34,054 nt of DNA from assembly GCA_964455075.1 (NCBI GenBank), contig CAYVUX010000001.1:1-34054 (forward strand), given 5' to 3'. Below are positions 1 through 7,026 of the stretch, one piece after another. Made by a program: the position numbers and the translations under genes. The notes beneath the pieces are model-generated. The model was not told the origin of the DNA. It saw only the letters and a program-made list of their open reading frames with translations, and ran no database searches. This DNA comes from an uncultured Desulfobacteraceae bacterium (lineage in GTDB: Bacteria > Desulfobacterota > DSM-4660 > Desulfatiglandales > Desulfatiglandaceae). Position 1 is the stretch's first letter; the number at the start of each line of letters is the position of its first letter.

Positions 1-850
1 CACCCGGCCTCCAGAGAATCAACGTCTTTCCGTATAGACCCGACAAACCGGCACCCCGCTTGCTCTGGCCGCTTTCTCTCGCGGGAAAGGGCACCGTTAT
101 CCCGGCGCTCGCCTCCGTTCGGACCTGCGGGTGCGGGCTGGAAAAGGCGACTCCGTCCTCCACGAGGTGCTCCGCTATATAGCTCAGGACAAAAGGATCC
201 AGCGTGACCAGGAGGGAGTTCTCTTCCAGGTAGGAACCAAAGAGCCCCAGCCAGGCCTCCAGAACCTGTGCAAGGCGGGTTTTCTCGGGCAGGCTGTACG
301 GGTGCGTAGGATAGATGTCCTCGAAAAGTGCGGGGGGAGCCGGTGCTTCTCCCAAGGCCTCTTTGAGAGGAGCGCCTTTTTCTTTGACCTGAGCGAGCAT
401 TCGCGCCATCTCCAGACGCTCCTTTTGGATCTCCCTTGCCAGGTGAAGGACAAGATGCCATTTCAGGGCGGGGACACTTGAGTCCCCGGAGACGCTTTTC
501 CCAACAGAACGAATCATCCCTCGAATATTCCACGCATGGCTCTCGGAGGCGTCCGCGTCCTGGATGGATTGGAGAAAAGCGGCCCAGTCCCCCCCGCGGT
601 TCAACCGCATCCACCCAATGTACTCGGCAAGAAGACGCCTGAAATCCCCTCCGGGTTTCAGCCCTTCCGGAGGATAACGTTTCGGGACAGGGACGGAGGT
701 TGATTGCCCCTCAGGGGGCGAATCCTCCGCATGCCATGGCCGGCATACGATCAGGCCGGGGAATTCGGACCGGATCGCCTCATACTCGGGTTTGGCGATA
801 TGTGTATGCGGAAAAAGAAAAAGGCTCGGATTCTTTGGTGATTTTTCCAC
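1..850 (-). CDS. hypothetical protein; the first ~283 codons are in the window and the gene runs off the left edge. Start uncertain (GTG at 850 is the first candidate in frame)
   Basis: My hand translation of the minus strand gives an uninterrupted frame from an upstream TGA (~916) down to position 1. It is missing from the ORF track because it has no ATG start and no stop inside the window. It reads ...FPHTHIAKPEYEAIRSEFPGLIVCRPWHAEDSPPEG...LAEYIGWMRLNRGGDWAAFLQSIQDADASESHAWNIRGM...LEMARMLAQVKEKGAPLKEALGE...LAQVLEAWLGLFGSYLEENSLLVTLDPFVLSYIAEHLVEDG... It lies on the same strand as the acetoacetyl-CoA synthetase gene, 88 nt downstream of it. I do not recognise a family. Confidence 0.5.
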   Translation of the reverse strand, partial: MEKSPKNPSLFLFPHTHIAKPEYEAIRSEFPGLIVCRPWHAEDSPPEGQSTSVPVPKRYPPEGLKPGGDFRRLLAEYIGWMRLNRGGDWAAFLQSIQDADASESHAWNIRGMIRSVGKSVSGDSSVPALKWHLVLHLAREIQKERLEMARMLAQVKEKGAPLKEALGEAPAPPALFEDIYPTHPYSLPEKTRLAQVLEAWLGLFGSYLEENSLLVTLDPFVLSYIAEHLVEDGVAFSSPHPQVRTEASAGITVPFPARESGQSKRGAGLSGLYGKTLILWRPG

Positions 851-937
851 GCGACGTAATTGGCTTTCATTCCGGTGCCCGCTTAGAAATGTTTCGCGGG
901 CACTTGTTGAGCCGTTTATTCAGAATGGACGAAGGCT

Positions 938-2893
938 CTAGTCTTCCTTCAACTCCTTTAAGTTCTGATAGTAATCCAGAATTTCAGGATTTTTTAGTGC
1001 ATCCTTGTTTTTCACTTCCTGGCCTTCGATCGTCTTTTTTACCGCCATCTCCACCTTCTTCATGTTCAGCGTGTAGGGGATCTCGGGAACGGCGAGGATC
1101 TTCGCCGGCACATGTCGAGGCGAGGCGTTGGCTCGGATGTTGGTCTTGATCTTTTTCTTTACCTCGTCGGTGAGTTCAAACCCTTCCGCCATCTGGACGA
1201 ACAAGACGACACGGACGTCGTTCTTCCAGTTCTGCCCCACCACGATGCTATCGGCGATCTCTTCCATCTGCTCCAGCTGGCGATAGATCTCAGCGGTTCC
1301 GATCCGGACGCCTCCGGGGTTCAGAGTGGCATCGGAACGACCGTAGATCGTCACACCTCCCCGGTCGTTGATTTCGATGAAGTCCCCATGCCTCCAAACA
1401 CCGGGATATACATCGAAGTAGGCCGAATGGTACTTCTCTCCTTTCGGGTCGTCCCAGAAGTAGATGGGCATGGGGGGGGCCGCAGCCGTGCATACGAGTT
1501 CTCCCTGCTGATTGATCACGGACCGGCCGTTTTCATCAAAGGCCTCCACCTTCATGCCGAGACACCTGCACTGAAGCTCGCCGGCATAGACCGGCCCCAT
1601 GGGATTGCCCGCGGCAAAACATCCATTGATGTCGGATCCGCCCGAGATGGACGCCAGCTGGAGGTCCTCTTTCACTTCACCATAGATGTACTCAAAGCCT
1701 TCCACAGACAGGGGGGATCCCGTGGAAAGCAGGGCCTTGAGCGGAGACAGGTCGAACCGCTCTCCCGGTTTGGCGTCTGCGCCTTTCAGAGCGGAGATGT
1801 ACCCGGCGCTGGTGCCGAACACGGTGATTTTCTCCTCTTCCGCCATTTTCCAGAGTGCTTCGGGGCCCGGATGAAACGGGTTCCCGTCATACAGCACCAG
1901 TGTCGCGCCGACGGCCAGGGATGCGGTGAGCCAATTCCACATCATCCACCCGCACGTGGTAAAGTAGAAAATGGTGTCCTCCCGCTTGAGATCCGTGTGG
2001 AGCAGCAATTCCTTGAGTTGATTGATCAGCACGCCTCCGGCGCTTTGGACCATGCATTTTGGAAGTCCGGTTGTGCCCGATGAATACATGATGTAATGAG
2101 GGTGTCCGAAAGGCATGGGAGTGAATGGGACCTCCAGGCCCGATTCCGCAGATCGGAAATCCTGGTAATGGACGGCATTCGGCACTTCGCTGATGTCCGG
2201 GGCCTCCTGGGTGTAGGGGATAACCACGACCTTCTCAATGCTCGGAATCTCCTTGAGAATATTGGAAATCCGCTGGAGGGAGTCGAGGTCCTTGCCCTTG
2301 AACCAATACCCGTTGGCCGTGAACAGGACCTTGGGCTTGATCTGGCCGAACCGGTCAAGCACCCCTTTGATGCCGAAATCAGGAGAGCAGGATGACCATG
2401 TGGCCCCTAAGCTGGCCGCAGCAAGCATGGCGATGATCGCCTCGGGCATATTGGGGATGAAGCCCACAACCCTGTCGCCGGGGCCGATACCGGCCTCTTT
2501 CAAGGATCTGGCAATGCGAGCCACCTCGTCGTAAAGTTCCGCGTAGGTCATTTTTCGGGAGGCCTGGTCTTCGCCCCTGAAGCTGAGCGCGACGTGCTCG
2601 TCCCTGTACCTGAGGAGATTCTCGGCGAAGTTCAACTCGGCGCCGGAGAACCATTGGGCTCCGGGGAGTTTTTTGGGATCATCGACAACACGGTCATAAC
2701 TCTTCGATGCCTTGATGTCGGCGAACTCCCACATGGAGGCCCAAAAGTCGGGAATGTTTTCAATGGACCATTGGTACATGGGTTCGTATTCGGTAAAGTC
2801 CTTGCCGAACCTCTCATTGACGAACTCCATAAATCGGTACATGTTGCTGCCCTTGATCCGATCCTCGGAAGGTTCCCATAACAGTTTGGCCAT
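938..2893 (-). CDS. acetoacetyl-CoA synthetase (acetoacetate-CoA ligase, AMP-forming acyl-CoA synthetase family)
   Basis: 651-aa ORF. The N-terminus MAKLLWEPSEDRIKGSNMYRFMEFVNERFGKDFTEYEPMYQWSIENIPDFWASMWEF is typical of acetoacetyl-CoA synthetases. It has the AMP-binding motif YSSGTTGLPK. A GGAGGA Shine-Dalgarno sequence lies just upstream of the ATG (plus strand cattttttcctcc at 2891-2903). Confidence 0.9.
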   Translation of the reverse strand: MAKLLWEPSEDRIKGSNMYRFMEFVNERFGKDFTEYEPMYQWSIENIPDFWASMWEFADIKASKSYDRVVDDPKKLPGAQWFSGAELNFAENLLRYRDEHVALSFRGEDQASRKMTYAELYDEVARIARSLKEAGIGPGDRVVGFIPNMPEAIIAMLAAASLGATWSSCSPDFGIKGVLDRFGQIKPKVLFTANGYWFKGKDLDSLQRISNILKEIPSIEKVVVIPYTQEAPDISEVPNAVHYQDFRSAESGLEVPFTPMPFGHPHYIMYSSGTTGLPKCMVQSAGGVLINQLKELLLHTDLKREDTIFYFTTCGWMMWNWLTASLAVGATLVLYDGNPFHPGPEALWKMAEEEKITVFGTSAGYISALKGADAKPGERFDLSPLKALLSTGSPLSVEGFEYIYGEVKEDLQLASISGGSDINGCFAAGNPMGPVYAGELQCRCLGMKVEAFDENGRSVINQQGELVCTAAAPPMPIYFWDDPKGEKYHSAYFDVYPGVWRHGDFIEINDRGGVTIYGRSDATLNPGGVRIGTAEIYRQLEQMEEIADSIVVGQNWKNDVRVVLFVQMAEGFELTDEVKKKIKTNIRANASPRHVPAKILAVPEIPYTLNMKKVEMAVKKTIEGQEVKNKDALKNPEILDYYQNLKELKED

Positions 2894-3184
2894 TTTTTCC
2901 TCCTTGGCTGGTTGTCACGAACAATACTCTGAACAACTTTCGGCCTGTCTCCTTCAGAACTTCCGTTCCTCCATTCCTGTCCCGCTGTGGGCCGGGCTGG
3001 GTCGCTATTCCCGGGAATTCGATAAAGGAAGGCCATCTTATATCATTTGAAGTGAAAATTTTCAAAAACAAATCCGTTGTGGGAGGGCGGCGCGGTTGCC
3101 GGGATCGAGCAGTCAAATGGCGAAGCCGCATTGAAAGTCGAGGAGGCAATCTCTGCTTCGGCAAGGAGCAGGCAGTCTTTTGCC

Positions 3185-3214
3185 TTGACTATAGGCCCCA
3201 AATGGACTAAAAAT
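3185..3214 (+). promoter_or_regulatory. near-consensus sigma70 promoter (TTGACT, 17/18-nt spacer, TAAAAAT) facing the repeat element and lysS
   Basis: TTGACT lies at 3185-3190, followed by a 17-nt spacer and TAAAAA(T) at 3208-3214. The predicted transcription start is ~3220-3222, a few nt before the conserved GTTTCC (3228) that opens repeat copy 1. Confidence 0.55.
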
Positions 3215-3221
3215 CCGCGGC

Positions 3222-3526
3222 TAACTTGTTTCCATCCATAAACGGCCCTTTTCCGCAATCCCCCGTCTTCGACGGGACGGGTCGGCGTTAAACGGCGGAG
3301 TTCCTTGTGCGGTCCGTCTCAGGCGGGCCTCCGCGTAACTCCTTGTTTTGTCCTCGCTTTGCTCGGACTCCCCACCCTGCGGGCGGGTCCCCGGTTTCGC
3401 AAGGTCAAGGCTTCCGGGGACCCGCCCGCAGGGTGGGGACTGAGTCACCCGTTAGGGTGCGAAGAAAAATCTCCCATTTATGGATCGGAAACTCCTTGTG
3501 CCCCCCACCGAATTCGTGGATGGGCT
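3222..3526 (+). ncRNA. candidate structured non-coding element, copy 1 (lysS 5' leader); unknown family. The strand is inferred from the promoter
   Basis: It matches the reverse complement of 30706-30980 in two blocks. By hand alignment, 3228-3308 is 76/81 identical and 3416-3495 is 75/80 identical. The 5' end GTTTCCATCCATAAA (3228-3242) pairs with TTTATGGATcGGAAAC (3477-3492). Internal hairpins are CCCGTC-TTC-GACGGG and CACCC-GTTA-GGGTG. The overlapping ORFs at 3221..3448(-) and 30806..31081(+) both start MTQSP but then fall out of frame with each other, so the conservation is not protein-coding. Confidence 0.5.
3370..3438. repeat. perfect 25-bp inverted repeat with a 19-nt loop, embedded in repeat copy 1
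   Basis: The left arm is CCCCACCCTGCGGGCGGGTCCCCGG (3370-3394). The loop is tttcgcaaggtcaaggctt. The right arm is CCGGGGACCCGCCCGCAGGGTGGGG (3414-3438). One more T-A pair is possible at 3369/3439. Confidence 0.9.
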
Positions 3527-3586
3527 CTAGCTTGGCGAAAGGACGTGTATTCAGAAGACATTATTCGTCCGGATGGATGGTTTGCG

Positions 3587-5074
3587 ATGACAGAGAGCAG
3601 GCAGAGTCTCCCGGAGAACGGGATCTCGAAAGCAGAGAAACTGAAAAAAATGGGCATTGAGCTCTACCCGGCGGGATACAGGCCCGATACCACGGTTCAG
3701 GAGGCCCGGGAGCGGTATGACGGCCTGGATGCAGAAGCGCTCGAGAAGAAAAGCGGGCTGCACGCCATGGCCGGAAGGATCATGGCGGTTCGGGATTTTG
3801 GGAAAGCGTCTTTCGTCCATTTCAAGGACCGGACGGGGCGGATTCAAGCCTACGTGAGAAAGGACAAGGTCCCTGCCGATCAATTCGAGCTTTTCAAACT
3901 GCTTGATGTGGGAGACTTTGTTGGTTTAAAGGGGCGGATTTTTCGTACCAGGACCGGCGAACTGACCCTTTTGGTTGAAGACCTGCGAATCCTGGCCAAG
4001 TCTCTCAGGCCGCTGCCGGAGAAATGGCACGGTCTGACAGATGTTGAGATTCGGTACAGGCAACGGTACCTGGATTTAATCGTTAATGATCCCGTAAAAG
4101 AGGTTTTTGTTCTCAGGAGTCGAATTGTCCAGACTGTACGCTATTTTTTTATTCAGAGGGACTTCCTGGAGGTGGAGACCCCCATGATGCAGCCCATTCC
4201 GGGGGGAGCCACGGCGAGGCCTTTCAAGACCTATCACAATGCCCTGGGCATGAGCCTGTATCTGCGTGTGGCCCCCGAACTCTACCTCAAGCGCCTTCTC
4301 GTCGGGGGGCTTGAGCGCGTGTTTGAAATCAATCGGAATTTTCGAAATGAAGGGATCTCCGTGAGGCACAATCCAGAGTTCACCATGTTGGAGTTTTACA
4401 TGGCCTATGCCACCTATGAGGACCTCATGGAAATCACCGAGGAACTCTTTGACGAGGTGGTCCGGCACGTGTTGGGCGGGAGCTCCATCCGGTATCAGGG
4501 CCACCGGATCGACTTCAGCCCGCCCTGGCCGAGGATTTCCTTTATGCGGGCGCTTGAAGAGAGTCCGAAGGTCCCTGATCGTGTCTTTCGCGGTCGGGCG
4601 GAAGCGGCAAAGGCCGCCGAGGAATTGGGAATTCGAACCGAGGAGAGGGACGGCCACGGAAAGATCCTTACGAAGCTGTTTGACCATTTTGTGGAACCGC
4701 AGCTCATACAACCCGTCTTTGTATACGGCTATCCCACGGAGGTCTCTCCTCTTTCGAGGAGCAATGATCAAAACCCCGAGCTTGTGGACCGGTTCGAGCT
4801 GTTTGTGGGAGGGCGGGAAATCGCCAATGCCTTCACCGAGCTCAACGACCCCGAGGATCAGCGAGGACGTTTCGAGCTCCAGACTGCATTGAGAGATGCA
4901 GGGGACGAAGAGGCGCAGTTCATGGACGAAGATTTTCTGAAGGCCCTGGAATACGGGATGCCTCCGGCTGCCGGGGAAGGAATTGGAATTGACAGGCTGG
5001 TGATGCTGCTGACGGACAGCCCTTCCATCCGGGATGTCATCCTTTTCCCGCACATGAGGTCGAGGCAGGGCTAG
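3587..5074 (+). CDS. lysS: lysine--tRNA ligase, class II
   Basis: The ORF track frame is open from 3305, but homology begins at the internal ATG at 3587 (MTESRQSLPENGISKAEKLKKMGIELYPAGYRPD...). It contains the OB-fold region AGRIMAVRDFGKASFVHFKDRTGRIQ and class II motifs (FRNEGISVRHNPEFTMLEFY, GIGIDRLVMLLT). The upstream 94 codons overlap the repeat element. Confidence 0.93.
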   Translation: MTESRQSLPENGISKAEKLKKMGIELYPAGYRPDTTVQEARERYDGLDAEALEKKSGLHAMAGRIMAVRDFGKASFVHFKDRTGRIQAYVRKDKVPADQFELFKLLDVGDFVGLKGRIFRTRTGELTLLVEDLRILAKSLRPLPEKWHGLTDVEIRYRQRYLDLIVNDPVKEVFVLRSRIVQTVRYFFIQRDFLEVETPMMQPIPGGATARPFKTYHNALGMSLYLRVAPELYLKRLLVGGLERVFEINRNFRNEGISVRHNPEFTMLEFYMAYATYEDLMEITEELFDEVVRHVLGGSSIRYQGHRIDFSPPWPRISFMRALEESPKVPDRVFRGRAEAAKAAEELGIRTEERDGHGKILTKLFDHFVEPQLIQPVFVYGYPTEVSPLSRSNDQNPELVDRFELFVGGREIANAFTELNDPEDQRGRFELQTALRDAGDEEAQFMDEDFLKALEYGMPPAAGEGIGIDRLVMLLTDSPSIRDVILFPHMRSRQG

Positions 5075-5080
5075 CAGGAT

Positions 5081-6307
5081 ATGTCTTTTGAGCTATTTCT
5101 AGGGCTCCGATACCTCAAGGCCAAGCGCAAACAGGGCTTTATCTCAGTGATCACAGTGATTTCGGTCTTGGGTGTGATGGTTGGGGTCATGGCGCTTGTG
5201 GTTGTGCTCTCCGTTATGAACGGTTTTCGGGCGGATCTGATGTCCAAGATCCTTGGAGTGAATTCCCACGTCCTGGTGTTCAGTTCCGCGGGCCCGTTTG
5301 AAGATTATCAGGAGGTGAAGAAGCAAATCGGGAAGATTGAGGGCGTAGAGGCCTGCTCCCCCTTTATTTACTCTCAGGTGATGGTCGGCGATTCAGGAGG
5401 CGTGACGGGCGCCATCCTGAGAGGGGTCGATTATCAGAGTGTGGACGCGGCAATCAATATCGAGGACATGATCAAGGAGGGCTCTCTCGACTCCCTGGAA
5501 AGAGCCCCCGGGGAGCTTCCCTCGATCATTGTGGGCCGGGAGCTCGCGAAGCAGATTGGTGCCTACCCCGGCCATACAGTCAAAGTCATCGCTCCCGAAG
5601 GCAGGCTGACCCCCATGGGCCGGGCGCCGAATACTCGGGAATTCAAGGTCTCCGCTTTTTTTGACTCAGGAATGTACGAGTACGACGCCAGCATGGTCTA
5701 CGTTTCCTTGAACGAGGCGCAGGATTTGCTGGGCTTGGGCGAACGGGTCACCGGGTTGGAGCTTCGTGTCCGGGATGTGTACCAATCCGACCGTATGGCG
5801 GAACGCATTGAACAGGCTCTCGGGCATCCATTCTGGACCAAGGACTGGAAAGCGATGAACAGGAGCTTGTTTTCGGCTCTCAAACTGGAAAAGATGACGA
5901 TGTTCGTCATCCTAACCATGATCATCCTCGTAGGGGCACTCAACATCATCAGTACGCTCGTGATGGTGGTCATGGAAAAGACGAGAGAGGTAGCTATCCT
6001 GAGGGCCATGGGCGCATCCGCCCGGAGCGTGATGTCCGTGTTTATGCTCCAAGGGCTGCTTGTGGGGACTGCCGGAACCGTAGCGGGAATGGCCTCCGGA
6101 TTGGGCCTCTGCCACATCCTCGAGAAGTACAAGTTCATCAGCCTGCCTTCGGACGTGTACTACATATCGACGCTGCCCGTCAGGGTAGAATGGCCTGACG
6201 TTTGGTTCGTTGCTATGGCGGCCGTAGGCATTTCATTTCTGGCAACCATATATCCCGCCTGGTATGCTTCCAAGCTCAACCCGGTGGAGGCCCTCAGATA
6301 TGAGTAA
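5081..6307 (+). CDS. lipoprotein-releasing ABC transporter permease (LolC/LolE family)
   Basis: 408 aa. It begins MSFELFLGLRYLKAKRKQGFISVITVISVLGV..., has a periplasmic MacB-like domain and a C-terminal FtsX-type membrane domain, and ends ...[18 protein letters not shown]. It overlaps lolD by 8 nt. Confidence 0.9.
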   Translation: MSFELFLGLRYLKAKRKQGFISVITVISVLGVMVGVMALVVVLSVMNGFRADLMSKILGVNSHVLVFSSAGPFEDYQEVKKQIGKIEGVEACSPFIYSQVMVGDSGGVTGAILRGVDYQSVDAAINIEDMIKEGSLDSLERAPGELPSIIVGRELAKQIGAYPGHTVKVIAPEGRLTPMGRAPNTREFKVSAFFDSGMYEYDASMVYVSLNEAQDLLGLGERVTGLELRVRDVYQSDRMAERIEQALGHPFWTKDWKAMNRSLFSALKLEKMTMFVILTMIILVGALNIISTLVMVVMEKTREVAILRAMGASARSVMSVFMLQGLLVGTAGTVAGMASGLGLCHILEKYKFISLPSDVYYISTLPVRVEWPDVWFVAMAAVGISFLATIYPAWYASKLNPVEALRYE

Positions 6308-6983
6308 CCGGAAAGACGGTATTCTGGCCCTTTACGGGGTGCACAAGACCTTTGTTCATCGAGGAGAACAGCTTGAAATACTAAGGGGAATTGATTTGCT
6401 TGTGCATCCCGGGGAGAGCCTGGCTTTGACAGGGGCTTCGGGAGTGGGCAAGTCAACCTTGCTGAATATTATGGGCAGTCTGGACATGCCCACAAAGGGG
6501 GTTGTCAAATTCCGGGGACAGGATGTATCCAGTCTGGATGAAGCGGCCCTTTGCCGATTCCGGAATAGGGAAATCGGTTTTGTCTTTCAGTTTCATCATC
6601 TTCTTCCGGAGCTTAATGCCCTGGAAAACGCGATGATGCCCGCCCTGATCGGACGTTATCCAAGAAAGCGGGCGGCGGAAATGGCCGAGTCGGTGCTGGT
6701 GAGAGTAGGTCTGGGAGATCGCATGACTCACAGGGCGGGGGAACTGTCGGGCGGGGAGCAGCAACGGGTAGCCATTGCGCGGGCCCTCCTGATGAAGCCC
6801 CGCTTGATACTGGCTGATGAGCCCACGGGAAACCTGGATTGGCAGACGGGACAGGGAGTGGCCGACCTGCTTCTGAATTTGAATGGTGAAGAGGAAGGGG
6901 CTCTTGTCGTGGCGACTCACAATGAGATTCTGGCAAAAAAAATGTCAAGACGGATGGAGTTGACCGGTGGGAGAATTTGTTAG
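6300..6983 (+). CDS. lolD: lipoprotein-releasing system ATP-binding protein
   Basis: It has Walker [10 protein letters not shown], signature [15 protein letters not shown] and Walker [13 protein letters not shown] prefer the internal ATG at 6300 ([18 protein letters not shown]) to the track start at 6264, which lies inside the permease gene. Confidence 0.9.
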   Translation: MSNRKDGILALYGVHKTFVHRGEQLEILRGIDLLVHPGESLALTGASGVGKSTLLNIMGSLDMPTKGVVKFRGQDVSSLDEAALCRFRNREIGFVFQFHHLLPELNALENAMMPALIGRYPRKRAAEMAESVLVRVGLGDRMTHRAGELSGGEQQRVAIARALLMKPRLILADEPTGNLDWQTGQGVADLLLNLNGEEEGALVVATHNEILAKKMSRRMELTGGRIC

Positions 6984-7026
6984 AAAACCTGCGTTCCCGG
7001 TGCGAGTGAATGTTTCCGTGGGCAAT

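Noticed and set aside
3221-3448. ORF 3221..3448(-) and ORF 30806..31081(+), both starting MTQSP.CGRVP, as a duplicated small protein gene
   Set aside because: After ~12 residues the two translations diverge completely. The nucleotide alignment contains non-triplet indels, and neither ORF has an RBS. The conservation tracks nucleotide sequence and helices, not a reading frame.
3228-3492. The element as a simple MITE (terminal inverted repeats GTTTCCATCCATAAA / TTTATGGATcGGAAAC) or a retron msr/msd
   Set aside because: There are no target-site duplications at either copy, and homology continues ~35 nt beyond the right 'TIR'. The window has no transposase and no reverse transcriptase. A repeat-family origin is not excluded and is listed as a refutation test.
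3480-3530. A small uORF (MDRKLLVPPTEFVDGL) in copy 1, and its counterpart MNRKLPSAQK in copy 2, as a leader peptide
   Set aside because: There is no Shine-Dalgarno sequence. Only the first 5 codons are shared, because they lie in the conserved closing helix. The lengths and sequences diverge after that.
3305-3586. A 94-codon N-terminal extension of lysS, as given by the ORF track
   Set aside because: The extension is the GC-rich repeat and palindrome read in frame (MCGPSQAGLRVTPCF…) and has no LysS homology. LysS similarity begins exactly at ATG 3587.
3222-3586. The lysS leader as a T-box or a lysine (L-box) riboswitch
   Set aside because: I cannot find the T-box sequence (…GGGUGGNACCGCG…), an AG bulge or a distal-loop motif. 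I also cannot find L-box hallmarks such as CUGUCA or GCCGAAG segments in a five-way junction. AGGGUGCGAAG (3454-3464) superficially resembles the L-box 5' AGAGGUGCGAA, but it sits at the wrong end of the element. This should still be tested with covariance models.
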